A stretch of DNA of 64,000 bases. Source: Candidatus Gottesmanbacteria bacterium RIFCSPLOWO2_01_FULL_43_11b. GTDB taxonomy: Bacteria; Patescibacteriota; Microgenomatia; UBA10105; UBA927. Under the pieces are notes generated by a model, which saw nothing but the letters and a program-made list of their open reading frames with translations, made no database searches and was not told the origin of the DNA. Made by a program: the position numbers and the translations under genes. The DNA lies in NCBI GenBank assembly GCA_001780985.1, contig MFJV01000001.1:300049-364048 (forward strand), given 5' to 3'. Below, piece after piece: positions 30,157-40,280 of the stretch (its first letter is position 1; each line of letters begins with the position of its first letter).

Positions 30157-31655
30157 AAAAATCTCTCCCTGCGTTCGGAATTATCATTGTCTGGCTTTCT
30201 ATAAGTTTCCTCTATTCCAGAGACTTCGTGTTTATTTCACCAGGAGACGGTCAGCGGGATGCGGCAATAATCACCAATATTCTCTCGGGAAATATCCTCG
30301 GCGACCCTGCCTATGCGGGCGAACATGCCTGGTATCCGTTTCTCATGCATATATATTTTGCTTTTATAAAAACAATAACGAATATCCCCGTTCAGATGTT
30401 ACTCTCGCAATTTGGTTGGCTAGCACCACTCCCCAGTATTCTCCTTATCGCGCTACTTCTTTTAAAAGAGTCTCGTTCCTGGTTGTTTGTGTCGTTAGGT
30501 TTACTTGCCTTCATTCTGTTTATTCCCTGGACACAGGAGATGTTTCTTCTTAGCTCTCATCCTATGGTTTTTAGCCTAGGTATTGTCTGCCTTGCGTTCT
30601 TCACTTTTTCCAAGACAATGAAAACAGGGCGCTGGAAATATTTTTTCTATAGTGCTATTTCGCTTGCGCTACTCGTGTATTCCCACACCATTGCATCTCT
30701 TTCCGTTGCCGCGGGGTTTACGCTCTATACACTTCTCACAAAAAAACATCTGGGAAAATTCATTGTCATGGCCATCCTATCGTTTATCTTAACCCTCCCC
30801 TACCTCTGGCCTATAATCTCGGTCTATAAACTTACCCCGGTGAATTCTTCTGTCTACTCATTTCGCGGAATTTACAACGCGAATTCCTTGCCGGAAATTC
30901 TTAATGCGCATCTCTACGGATTCGGGTGGTTACGGTGGGTAAATACGTTTTTTATAGTAAGCGGAGTTATTCGTGTAAATCCTATTATTCTATCCGTTTA
31001 TTTTGCGAGTTTCATTATGACACTCCCCAGTTTCATTCCCTCCCTCCCCTCCTTTGCCCCGCACGACTTTCAAGTATTTAACCATTTTGTTGCGATTTTC
31101 CTCTACGTTAGTGGTGTGGCGTTCTGGCTGAAAAAAGTAAAAAAATCTCTCAGACCGTTGGTATTTTTCTCATTTCTTGCACTCAATATCATGCTTGTTT
31201 GGCCGACCTACACAGCTAATTTAGAAAAACGACATTTGCAATTAATTACTGGCAATATCAAAGAACCGGATTGGCTCGCGGCAAGTAACTGGATAAACGA
31301 CAATACAAAAATTACTGATGTTATTGCAGCAACGCCGGATCGATCCTATTTTTATGTTTCGGGATTTACCGGCCGTAAAGTTGTTGCAACACACAATAAC
31401 TTTGCCAATGCGTTCGTTAACCAAAACAAACGACTCAGAGACCTTTATGAACTGTATAGCACCCAAGATCAGGAAGTATTTATACAAATAGCGCGGTACT
31501 ACAACATTTCCTATATCATCGCTTCACCATACGAAGCTTCGTACGTTGGACTTTCAAACCTTAATAAATTCGATTCCTATACAAATCTCCGGAAGGTTTT
31601 TACATCGGTTTCAGTCAGTATTTATAAATTTATAGAGTCGGACGCTGCCAAATGA
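30153..31655 (+). CDS. Polytopic membrane protein (putative GT-C-like)
   Basis: ATGA overlap with the upstream gene. More than 10 TM helices. MKKSLPAFGIIIVWLSISFLY start trimmed from the track ORF 30120..31655. Confidence 0.65.
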   Translation: MKKSLPAFGIIIVWLSISFLYSRDFVFISPGDGQRDAAIITNILSGNILGDPAYAGEHAWYPFLMHIYFAFIKTITNIPVQMLLSQFGWLAPLPSILLIALLLLKESRSWLFVSLGLLAFILFIPWTQEMFLLSSHPMVFSLGIVCLAFFTFSKTMKTGRWKYFFYSAISLALLVYSHTIASLSVAAGFTLYTLLTKKHLGKFIVMAILSFILTLPYLWPIISVYKLTPVNSSVYSFRGIYNANSLPEILNAHLYGFGWLRWVNTFFIVSGVIRVNPIILSVYFASFIMTLPSFIPSLPSFAPHDFQVFNHFVAIFLYVSGVAFWLKKVKKSLRPLVFFSFLALNIMLVWPTYTANLEKRHLQLITGNIKEPDWLAASNWINDNTKITDVIAATPDRSYFYVSGFTGRKVVATHNNFANAFVNQNKRLRDLYELYSTQDQEVFIQIARYYNISYIIASPYEASYVGLSNLNKFDSYTNLRKVFTSVSVSIYKFIESDAAK

Positions 31656-33125
31656 TGCCGTAAGCGAAAGATCTGGATACGTTAGACCTTTTCCACTCTC
31701 CTGTTCTCCAACAAGTACGTAGGCCATGTTGTAGTTACGAAGAAACGCCCGTGCTTCGTTCTCGTTCATCGATCCTTCATAAAATTGTTTTGACATAGCG
31801 TCAAGTTTTGTAAATAGTGATTCATCCATTATGCGAAGCCAAAAACTCGTATAAACGCGGTTATTAGAAAATGCAGGAATGATCGCTCCCGCGTATGGTC
31901 CGGACAACACGCCGTCGCTCTCCGTTGTGTTGTCGCGCAGCCAAAAAATGGCGTCCATAAGATCCTTCTTCGGGTAACCATAGTCGGAAAACTGGACGTT
32001 GCAGAAACAAACTCTCGTGTAATTGATGCTTGCACCGTAGGAAATAAAACTGCTTCCCAATGCGAGAATTGCAAATAATAGTATTATTAGAGGTTTAAAA
32101 CGTCGAATTCCCATATACGCAAGAATTCCAAAAACCACAAAATACGGTCCGAAGAAAAATCTGGAGGCATTGACGGAGAGAATGTTTGACAAAATGAGGG
32201 CGCCAAGCGGATGAACGATAATCCACGGTAAAAACAGTAGGTGGAGCGGATTTTTTTTCTTGAGAATCTCCGGAATTGAGAACAGTGAGAAGATAAATAT
32301 GGATCCTACTGCAAAAAAATACTGGAAAATATTCAATCTAAACGGAACTATGTTTTCGGTTTTCACAAAGAGATTAAGGTCCCAAAATTGAGAAACGTAT
32401 CGGATGTATACAATAGGAAGTAAACTTATTATTGAATACAAAATGAGTGCACCTCGGGATTGTTTTTTATAGAAAAATAAGAGCCAAAGTGAGCCAATAA
32501 CCAGGATCATCGACGGTGTGTAGACGAAAGTTCCGACAAATCCGAAGACTGTTGCGATAACAAATCGCGACCGAGACAAAAAGTACATGGATAAAAGCGG
32601 CAAAATAATGCCGAGGAGGTAATGCGGAGCTGCTGTTGTAAGCCGTTGAAAAACCAATGTATCGCCCGGCATTGAATCCATAATTCTCATCGGCCACGTA
32701 TTCCACGGCTCCGTGATTCCTGTTGCGAAAAAAATAAAAAGAAGAGGAAGTAGAGAAAAATTTGCCATCCGCAGTATTATTCCGATTGCTGCAATCGACA
32801 AGATAGCCCGTATTACATAATAAGTAACGATCGGATCGGTATGTATAACTCGTGCAATGTGTCCGATGAGGATATATTCAAATTTTAAGAATGTTGATTT
32901 TCCGGAAACCGCAGTTGTTTTGTTTGGACTCCTGGTCCAGCGCCCCGCAAAGCCCTGTCTCACTGTATCAAAATTTCCCAACACATCAATAGCGTTATCA
33001 ACCGATCCGAAATAGTAGCGATCCGGTGGTGTATTTTTGAAATTCTGAAATAAACCGTAGTAGGGAATAAAAAAAAGAACGAATATCAAAGCTAGATATT
33101 TATATTTTCCCATAAATAATGACAT
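31611..33125 (-). CDS. Polytopic membrane protein of the DYxxYxSxxxQG-type paralogous family (putative GT-C-like)
   Basis: 504 aa, multi-TM. Loop motif NFDTVRQGFAGRW...KFEYILIGHIARV. Confidence 0.65.
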   Translation of the reverse strand: MSLFMGKYKYLALIFVLFFIPYYGLFQNFKNTPPDRYYFGSVDNAIDVLGNFDTVRQGFAGRWTRSPNKTTAVSGKSTFLKFEYILIGHIARVIHTDPIVTYYVIRAILSIAAIGIILRMANFSLLPLLFIFFATGITEPWNTWPMRIMDSMPGDTLVFQRLTTAAPHYLLGIILPLLSMYFLSRSRFVIATVFGFVGTFVYTPSMILVIGSLWLLFFYKKQSRGALILYSIISLLPIVYIRYVSQFWDLNLFVKTENIVPFRLNIFQYFFAVGSIFIFSLFSIPEILKKKNPLHLLFLPWIIVHPLGALILSNILSVNASRFFFGPYFVVFGILAYMGIRRFKPLIILLFAILALGSSFISYGASINYTRVCFCNVQFSDYGYPKKDLMDAIFWLRDNTTESDGVLSGPYAGAIIPAFSNNRVYTSFWLRIMDESLFTKLDAMSKQFYEGSMNENEARAFLRNYNMAYVLVGEQESGKGLTYPDLSLTASFGSVRLYKFINTD

Positions 33126-34626
33126 GAATTTTTAATTCATCGAAGAGTTTTTCAGTAATCTTCATGAGTGTTTTATCCTGACTCCTGTAACGGATATTAG
33201 AGAGCTGCCATGTGTTGTGTTTGATGTAATCGGCCGTATAGTAACGGGATTGCGGCAGGACTTCAATAGTTACCGTGTATGACGAGTATGGTGAGGGTAA
33301 CTGAGTGTTCTTTTCCCTTTCTAATGCCAACACCATATCCAAATAGCCCGGAGATAATTCGTTGAAGTATCCATCGACCCAGACAGGTTTGCCTAAATCA
33401 ATCGACCGGGCGATGAAATCGGCAACATCCTGCGGTTTTTCTTCATTGGGAAGGGCTAGAGGCATCTGCCAGCGCCTCACGTCGTATACATAAAACGTCT
33501 CTTCATACGCCCGCTGGTTAAAAAGAGGTGTCCGAAATGCATGAACTCCTAGAGCGTACACAAAATTCGGAAGATTGAAGAGGTCTATGAAAATTTTAAT
33601 TCCCAAGACTCCGAAGAGCACTCTTTTCCACGTAATTTTTAGTTTGTACGAAACCAGGAATTTGCTTGTCAGAAGAAACAATAACGGCACAGTCGATGCA
33701 ATGTAGCGTTCCTGAAGATTGTTGTGGTGAATAGTTGCCAGAATTATATTGCCTATAAAAATAAACCATACCACCCGCACTTTGTAGTCCTTGAAATATA
33801 AAAGTGATCCCACAATGGAAAAGAGCAGGACCATTCCGATAATCAGTGAGACGCTGTACGTTAAAAGAATCGCCATCGGGTAGTACGTTAATGCCTGCCC
33901 TACCGTGGCAATGGAATACGGAACTGGATCTGTTACAGCGCGGATAAATCCGGGTATTTTATATGCCGGGTATGACATCCACAATGCAAACATAACCCCT
34001 GTGACTCCAAAAATTAGAACGTGAGATTTCAACAAGCGCGAATACAGTGCTTCGAGCATAAAACCCGCCACAACAAGAATTCCCAGATTATATTTGGCTA
34101 TAAGCACACCAAAAAGTGCAAGCCCAACGATTACATAACTTCGTACAGTTCTCTTATCGCGCGCCTGATAATACAGAAGTATAGAAAGTAACGTCATTGT
34201 TATAGATATTCCCTCCCGCATAAAAAGCATATGAAGAAGGAGAAGAAGTGGACTGAAAATAAAAAGAAATGAACTAAGCAATCCTCCACGAGTCGAGCGC
34301 GTTAGTTGTCTGCCGAGGAGATACATCAAAACGCTCGACAGAACAAACCAGATAAGGTTCACGCGGCGCGCCATTTCAAAAGAAAAGCCAGTGAGAAGAA
34401 AAAGAAGACTCGACACCATAGGTAAAAGCGGTGGGTACCCTGTTTGATTAATCGCAAACCTAACGTACGACCCAAAATCTCCATCGCGAAGGTACGTATA
34501 CATAGTATACGCATGGCTCATGTGCGTCCCCTCATCCCACACAACAATCGCCTTAGGTAGGTACTCGTAGGAAAGAAAGAAAGACACAAGGAGAGAAAAA
34601 ATGATGACAAAAACGATGTTTCTCAT
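33100..34626 (-). CDS. Polytopic membrane GT-C-like glycosyltransferase (ArnT/PMT-like)
   Basis: IVVWDEGTHMSHAYTMY (DE motif in the first extracytoplasmic loop). Multi-TM. Confidence 0.7.
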   Translation of the reverse strand: MRNIVFVIIFSLLVSFFLSYEYLPKAIVVWDEGTHMSHAYTMYTYLRDGDFGSYVRFAINQTGYPPLLPMVSSLLFLLTGFSFEMARRVNLIWFVLSSVLMYLLGRQLTRSTRGGLLSSFLFIFSPLLLLLHMLFMREGISITMTLLSILLYYQARDKRTVRSYVIVGLALFGVLIAKYNLGILVVAGFMLEALYSRLLKSHVLIFGVTGVMFALWMSYPAYKIPGFIRAVTDPVPYSIATVGQALTYYPMAILLTYSVSLIIGMVLLFSIVGSLLYFKDYKVRVVWFIFIGNIILATIHHNNLQERYIASTVPLLFLLTSKFLVSYKLKITWKRVLFGVLGIKIFIDLFNLPNFVYALGVHAFRTPLFNQRAYEETFYVYDVRRWQMPLALPNEEKPQDVADFIARSIDLGKPVWVDGYFNELSPGYLDMVLALEREKNTQLPSPYSSYTVTIEVLPQSRYYTADYIKHNTWQLSNIRYRSQDKTLMKITEKLFDELKIHVIIYGKI

Positions 34627-34658
34627 ACACTATTTGATATAATGCTTCCGATTGATAT

Positions 34659-35399
34659 ATGCAAATGTACGATCTTTTTCTCACTCATGAACATTCCCGG
34701 CTCATTGCCTCTATTCTGACCCGTTTTAACAGTAACATACTCTCCTACCTCCTTACGTATTTTCGGAAAAACCAAAGCCTCTCAATATTGGAAATCGGAC
34801 CGGGAAAAGGATATTTCTATCGGGCAACACGCAAATACCCGCGTATTACGTATTATGCATTTGACCGAAATATCACAATACTTAAAAATCTTCACATTAC
34901 AAGAATTTATCTTGGAGAGGCGCCAAAGCTTATTAACTTTAAGAAAAAGTTTCATGTCATCTACATTGCATACGTCATTGAACATCTCCAAGATGGTGTT
35001 GCAGTCTATGAGCTTATTAAAAACTGTAAAAAATACCTCTACCCAGGCAGCATTATCGTTATGCTTGCGCCCAATACAATGAGTCAGGGAATGGAATTTT
35101 GGAATGAAGATTACACACATACCTACCCCACGACCAAACGAAATGTTGCAATGGCATTTGCTGATAATGGCATGACAGACCTCACTGTCCTCGACTTTAA
35201 CGACATGGCGTTATGGCTTGCGAGCAACCCCGTTTTGTGGAAATGGATTGCGGTAACCTGTAAAATAATTTTTTACTTCTTCAATTACCGCGCTTTTCAC
35301 CTGCTCACAAACCAAAAGGAATATGATCTTAACAGCTTTTTCTATCGTCTCTACCTCTTTTGTAAAGCGCAGAATATCCTCTTTGTCGCCCGATCATGA
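34659..35399 (+). CDS. Class I SAM-dependent methyltransferase
   Basis: ILEIGPGKGYFY (motif I). IAYVIEHL. YPGSIIVM. Confidence 0.7.
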   Translation: MQMYDLFLTHEHSRLIASILTRFNSNILSYLLTYFRKNQSLSILEIGPGKGYFYRATRKYPRITYYAFDRNITILKNLHITRIYLGEAPKLINFKKKFHVIYIAYVIEHLQDGVAVYELIKNCKKYLYPGSIIVMLAPNTMSQGMEFWNEDYTHTYPTTKRNVAMAFADNGMTDLTVLDFNDMALWLASNPVLWKWIAVTCKIIFYFFNYRAFHLLTNQKEYDLNSFFYRLYLFCKAQNILFVARS

Positions 35400-36358
35400 C
35401 TAAAAAAACACTCGTCTCTGTTATCCTCCCCTGCCTCAATGAGAAAAAAACCATTGAACGGTGTATTACATGGGCAAAACAAGGGCTTCGAAAATTAGCG
35501 CAACGCTATAAAAGCGAAATCATTGTCGTTGATAATGGTTCGACTGATCGATCCCGAAGTTTGGCCAGACGAGCCGGAGCAAAAGTAGTAGTTGAAAAAA
35601 GAAGGGGGTATGGAAGTGCATATAAAGCCGGTCTTGCTGCTTCTCATGGGACGTACATAATCATTGGAGATAGCGACGGAACGTACGATTTTCGCCAAAT
35701 ACCCAGATTTATTCGGGAACTAGAAAAGGGAGCAGACTTGGTGCTCGGATCAAGACTCACAGGTACGGTCTCTCCCGGTGCAATGCCCTTTACACATCGC
35801 TATTTGGGTAATCCCATTCTCACATCACTTCTTAATATATTTTATGCACGGCGCTTATCTGATTCGCAAACAGGTTTTCGAGCATTTACAAAAAGAGTTT
35901 CAAAAATTCTCAACCTTCAAAGTAATGGCATGGAATTTGCATCGGAAATGATCGTTAAGGCAATCTATCATCAGCTCAATATTTCTGAAGTTCCCATTCG
36001 CTATTTCCGCCGTAGCGGAAATTCAAAACTCCTCCCCCTCTCCGATGCATGGCGCCATATAAAGTTTTTGATTCTCTACACCCCTACCTACGCATTCATC
36101 ATCCCAGGTCTGGTTTTTCTCGTTATAGACCCATACATTGGCATCCAGCTTGTCATGCTGGGAGTATTTGCAAAAGTGTACACGAATAAACAATTGAACC
36201 TCCCAAGTGGACCGCTGGCTCGTTTTCTCATCTCGCACTTAACTGTTGAACGATTGTTTATTGCAGGCGTTATTCTTCTTCTTGTCCCGGAATTTCGACT
36301 CATTGGCGTACAACTCATATTCACATCTTTTTTCTATGGCCTCCTCAAAGAGTCGTAA
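35396..36358 (+). CDS. GT2 polyprenol-phosphate glycosyltransferase (GtrB/ArnC-like) with two C-terminal TM helices
   Basis: VSVILPCLNEKKTI...IIVVDNGSTDRS...IIGDSDGTYD. Hydrophobic tail. Confidence 0.85.
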   Translation: MTKKTLVSVILPCLNEKKTIERCITWAKQGLRKLAQRYKSEIIVVDNGSTDRSRSLARRAGAKVVVEKRRGYGSAYKAGLAASHGTYIIIGDSDGTYDFRQIPRFIRELEKGADLVLGSRLTGTVSPGAMPFTHRYLGNPILTSLLNIFYARRLSDSQTGFRAFTKRVSKILNLQSNGMEFASEMIVKAIYHQLNISEVPIRYFRRSGNSKLLPLSDAWRHIKFLILYTPTYAFIIPGLVFLVIDPYIGIQLVMLGVFAKVYTNKQLNLPSGPLARFLISHLTVERLFIAGVILLLVPEFRLIGVQLIFTSFFYGLLKES

Positions 36359-37361
36359 ATTAAATATTCTCATTGTGATTGAATATTTTGCTCCGCATAT
36401 TGGGGGTGTCGAGCGAGTGATGGAAGAAGTGGGAAAAAGGCTCGTCAAATACGGCCACAACGTATATGTGTTGACAACAAAAGAAAAAACTTCAGTTCCG
36501 TACCATGGGATGAACGTTACGCGCCTTGCCCTTCAAAACCGGTATCTTTTTGCTCTCGCTATCCTGCCGGTGCTTTTTTTGAAATTTCGTAATGTCGATA
36601 TTGTCCATAGTGCCAATAATTATTCTGTCGCCTTACCCGCCTGGATATTCGCGCGAGTAACCGGCAAAAAAATCACGATGTCCGTTTGGGAGATATGGGG
36701 AAACATGTGGTTTCGACTTCTCCCAACGACCGGATTTTTACATCTTTTATACGAGCGCCTCATTGTCAATCTCCCATTCAATGCGCTCTTTGTCCCATCG
36801 AAATTTGTTGTTCATCAACTTCCTAAAAAACCAGCTATTTTCGCACCTTTAGCCGGTAAAAATCTGAGGTTTTCTGCTACGGGGAGAACAAATCTTCGAA
36901 AACGATTGGGGTATGCAAAAAATTACGTTTTCTTGTATTTCGGCCGACTTGGGCTGTCAAAAGGAGTTGATATTCTAGAGACTGTATTTAATAAAATTCA
37001 TAATAAATATCCTCATACCAGACTTTACGTGGCAAAAAATATACCTGAAGATCAACTTGCAAACTATCTTTCAATGAGCGACTGCGTTGTTATCCCCGAT
37101 ATAAGAGCCTCCTTCGGTCTCAACGCTCTGGAGGCATCTGAAATAGGAAGACCAATTGTCACAACAACAGCCGGAGCACTGCCGGAAGTTGTTTTTGGAC
37201 GGGTTGTTTTTGCTAAACCCGGATCAGTACTAAGCCTCGTTAAGGCAATGGAGCAATCAATTCAAAAAAAGTTCTTGATTATTCCGAGGAAACGGTTTTC
37301 TTGGGAAAAAACCGCGCGTATCTATGAAAACGTTCTAGCCCGTACGCCGCCCACAATATAA
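36336..37361 (+). CDS. GT-B fold glycosyltransferase (GT1/GT4 family)
   Basis: LNILIVIEYFAPHIGGVERV...ALEASEIGRPIVTTTAGALPEVV. Start trimmed to the internal Met of the track ORF 36246..37361. Confidence 0.8.
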   Translation: MASSKSRKLNILIVIEYFAPHIGGVERVMEEVGKRLVKYGHNVYVLTTKEKTSVPYHGMNVTRLALQNRYLFALAILPVLFLKFRNVDIVHSANNYSVALPAWIFARVTGKKITMSVWEIWGNMWFRLLPTTGFLHLLYERLIVNLPFNALFVPSKFVVHQLPKKPAIFAPLAGKNLRFSATGRTNLRKRLGYAKNYVFLYFGRLGLSKGVDILETVFNKIHNKYPHTRLYVAKNIPEDQLANYLSMSDCVVIPDIRASFGLNALEASEIGRPIVTTTAGALPEVVFGRVVFAKPGSVLSLVKAMEQSIQKKFLIIPRKRFSWEKTARIYENVLARTPPTI

Positions 37362-38463
37362 TGATCGGGTAGGCCGGAATCGTCAACCGCGATTCGCTAA
37401 TCACAAGACCGAACACAAGAGAAAGCGCCGTAAAATAAATGAGTGAAAAAACCACAATTGGTTTTCGTGCAAAACGTGCGATACCAATGATAAATAGTGC
37501 AATCAGCGAGATATTTATTATACGAAGAAATTGGGTATCCTTCGGATAGAATGGGTCGATAAAGAGTAAGAGAAATCGTTTGTCCCATAAATAGATAATA
37601 TTTTGTATAGTGTTTTGGATAAAAATAGGCCACTCCCCCTTCATACGCTCTTTGAATTTCTCCGTATATTTTTGATCGTATTCATGCATGAGTTCCGGTT
37701 TTGTATCAACATATCGATAGTATTCATCTGTGGCGTTGCGCCATTCGTCCGAAAGCGTTGAAAAATCACTCACAAGCTCCGGATAGCGGCCGACGGAAAA
37801 ACTTGCGTAGAGCATGCCACCTGCCGTGCGGTACGGCGGGATCACGCTCACTTTTTGGAATACGGCGTAATTAGCAAACAACGCATACAAAGACACTATA
37901 AAAAAACCAAGAAACGCTAAGACGAGTCGTTTCGGTCGTAAGCCAATGGTAACAAGTGCCACAATGGGAATGAAAAAAACGTACGCAATTTTTATTTGAA
38001 TCAAATACCCAAATAAAGCGCCAAAAAGAAGCCAATGCCACCACGCCGGGCGGCTAACAAGGAGATATGCAATGAGACTAACAACAAAAACAAGAAGCGT
38101 TTCTCCTAAAAGAAGCCCTGTGTAGGCACTCGTAAATGGATTGAGCATGTAGAGAATAAAAGCGATGCGGGATACTTTTGCTCCAAATAGGTTTTTGGCA
38201 CAAGCCGCGATAAGAAGCCCGCTGACGAGATCTAAAAGTACCTGAATCAGTCTCACGGCAAAAAAATTATCCATGCCGAATATGCTGTAGATAAGGGAAA
38301 GAAACAGCGGATAACCGGCTCCGTGATTACAACAGTGCGCAGCCCACTCCCCTCTCAAAATGGCGTGTGCAAGCTCATTGTAGGCGGCCATATCCCAAAA
38401 AACCCTGTATTGGGGTATACTTGCTAGAAATAGCCGCCAAAGGAAACCGATAATGAAAAACAT
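37279..38463 (-). CDS. Polytopic membrane GT-C-like glycosyltransferase
   Basis: Multi-TM. Start trimmed to [12 protein letters not shown] from the track ORF 37279..38679, because the upstream 72 codons overlap the divergent GT2 gene. Confidence 0.6.
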   Translation of the reverse strand: MFFIIGFLWRLFLASIPQYRVFWDMAAYNELAHAILRGEWAAHCCNHGAGYPLFLSLIYSIFGMDNFFAVRLIQVLLDLVSGLLIAACAKNLFGAKVSRIAFILYMLNPFTSAYTGLLLGETLLVFVVSLIAYLLVSRPAWWHWLLFGALFGYLIQIKIAYVFFIPIVALVTIGLRPKRLVLAFLGFFIVSLYALFANYAVFQKVSVIPPYRTAGGMLYASFSVGRYPELVSDFSTLSDEWRNATDEYYRYVDTKPELMHEYDQKYTEKFKERMKGEWPIFIQNTIQNIIYLWDKRFLLLFIDPFYPKDTQFLRIINISLIALFIIGIARFARKPIVVFSLIYFTALSLVFGLVISESRLTIPAYPIIILWAAYGLERFHRYARFFPKKTVSSE

Positions 38464-39145
38464 CTCAATGGTGATTCCCTTATATAATAACGACACCACC
38501 CTCGTCAAAGAGATACGTGCGTGTCTTTCGATTCTCAAAAAACACACCTCTCGACATGAAATTGTCGTGTGTGATGATGGAAGTACGGACCGATCTGCGA
38601 ATTTACTAAAAAAACATTTTGGTAAAAATCCACGCGTCCGACTCCTCTTCCATAAAAAGAATCTTGGGATCGCACCCACCCTGCGACAACTCTACCGAGA
38701 GGCACGGTATGACTACATTTTTCTTTATAGTGTCGATGGTGACTGGAAAACAGAAGACATCGTCAGAATGCTCTCTACTCTTGATAAAACACGTGCTGAC
38801 ATCGTCACCGGAGTCCGTTCACAAACAAATTACACCGCTTACCGAAGAATTGTTTCGTTTTTCTATAACCTCCTCCCCTGGCTTCTTTTTGGCGTCAAAA
38901 CGTACGATGCCGGAAGCATAAAAATAATAAAGAAATCCGTTTTCGAAAGCATCAAACTCTCATCCAAGAGTGTCTTTTTTGAAGCAGAGCTCATCATAAA
39001 AGCAGTAAAAAAGGGAGCAAACATTGCGACAGTTCATAATATCCATTACCATAAGCAAAATCCCGCGGCAGGACGCGGAGGAAGGCTAACAAGCGTTGTA
39101 CAGTCATTTTCTGATATGATCCGCTTGAGACTGACTCAACTATGA
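38453..39145 (+). CDS. GT2 polyprenol-phosphate sugar synthase (DPM1/ArnC-like)
   Basis: [12 protein letters not shown]...[13 protein letters not shown]...SVDGDW. Paralogue of 25534..26196. Confidence 0.8.
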   Translation: MKNISMVIPLYNNDTTLVKEIRACLSILKKHTSRHEIVVCDDGSTDRSANLLKKHFGKNPRVRLLFHKKNLGIAPTLRQLYREARYDYIFLYSVDGDWKTEDIVRMLSTLDKTRADIVTGVRSQTNYTAYRRIVSFFYNLLPWLLFGVKTYDAGSIKIIKKSVFESIKLSSKSVFFEAELIIKAVKKGANIATVHNIHYHKQNPAAGRGGRLTSVVQSFSDMIRLRLTQL

Positions 39146-39630
39146 AACGCGTAAAAATTTACCATCCAGAACTGGTGTCGATTACCGGCGCTCATATTGG
39201 CGCAGGCACAAAAATTCATCCATTTGTTGTCATACAACCAGGTGTACGAATTGGCAAAAATTGTAAAATAGAGCCATTTGCGTTTATCCCCGAGGGAATT
39301 ACGATAGAAGACGAAGTCTTCATAGGCCCACACGTCTGTTTTATCAACGACAAATACCCCAGAGCAACTAGCCCTGACGGAAGCCTCAAAAAATCAGGTG
39401 ACTGGAAAAATCTGCCAACTCGAGTTAAAAAGGGCGCTTCTATCGGGTCAAATGCCACCCTCCTCTGCGGTATAACTATTGGCGAGTATGCCATGGTCGG
39501 AGCCGGATCGGTCGTAACCCGTGATGTTCCGGGTTATACAGTGGTTGTCGGTAACCCCGCCCGCGCAATTAAAACTATTGATGAACCAATGGGAAAACGG
39601 AACCGCAGAAAAAAAGGTAATTCCAGGTAA
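39142..39630 (+). CDS. Hexapeptide-repeat (LbH) sugar N-acetyltransferase (WbpD/PglD-like)
   Basis: [37 protein letters not shown]...[33 protein letters not shown]. Confidence 0.8.
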   Translation: MKRVKIYHPELVSITGAHIGAGTKIHPFVVIQPGVRIGKNCKIEPFAFIPEGITIEDEVFIGPHVCFINDKYPRATSPDGSLKKSGDWKNLPTRVKKGASIGSNATLLCGITIGEYAMVGAGSVVTRDVPGYTVVVGNPARAIKTIDEPMGKRNRRKKGNSR

Positions 39631-40280
39631 GAGAGAAAGAGAAAAAAAGAATTTATAATTTTGGGGGGAACGGACAGATACTCTGAAAGCTTCTTCTTCC
39701 TTGATCTAAAAATAATAAAAAACGGCAATGTGAACATTTGCCAATAATTCCAATACAAAACATTAAACCCTGCCTTGTTTACGACGTCTAATAGTTTTGA
39801 TATTTCATATCTTCGCTTGTGACCGGCATATTCATCGAGACTGTTCCAAAGCCACATACCAGAGGGAGCCGTGAGAAAAAGTAGACCATTAGGTTTAAGA
39901 AGCTGATAGCATTTCGCAAGAAATTTACGATCATCGCTTTGATGTTCAAGCACATCGAATGCGCCAATGGCATCATATTGCTTGCCCGGAATAAATGAGT
40001 AGAGTGAGCTTCGGTAAAACTTTGCGTGTACGCGTCGTTTTGCAATACTAACCGCTTCGGCGTTCACGTCTACACCCTCAACGTTTAAACCTAATGAAGC
40101 AAGTTGGGCAAGCACCACTCCTGTTCCAAAACCAACCTCTAAAAACGTTTTCCCGGCTCTTTTTGGTATAAAACGATCTACGATGTGTGCGAGAAGACGG
40201 TTCCTGCTTTGAAACCAAAAATGCTCTCTCTCCATTTTGACGATGAGATCATAGTGACTTGTTTTATACGTTTTTGACAT
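39534..40280 (-). CDS. Class I SAM-dependent methyltransferase
   Basis: [19 protein letters not shown] (motif I). [13 protein letters not shown]. Confidence 0.75.
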   Translation of the reverse strand: MSKTYKTSHYDLIVKMEREHFWFQSRNRLLAHIVDRFIPKRAGKTFLEVGFGTGVVLAQLASLGLNVEGVDVNAEAVSIAKRRVHAKFYRSSLYSFIPGKQYDAIGAFDVLEHQSDDRKFLAKCYQLLKPNGLLFLTAPSGMWLWNSLDEYAGHKRRYEISKLLDVVNKAGFNVLYWNYWQMFTLPFFIIFRSRKKKLSEYLSVPPKIINSFFLFLSYLELPFFLRFRFPIGSSIVLIARAGLPTTTV

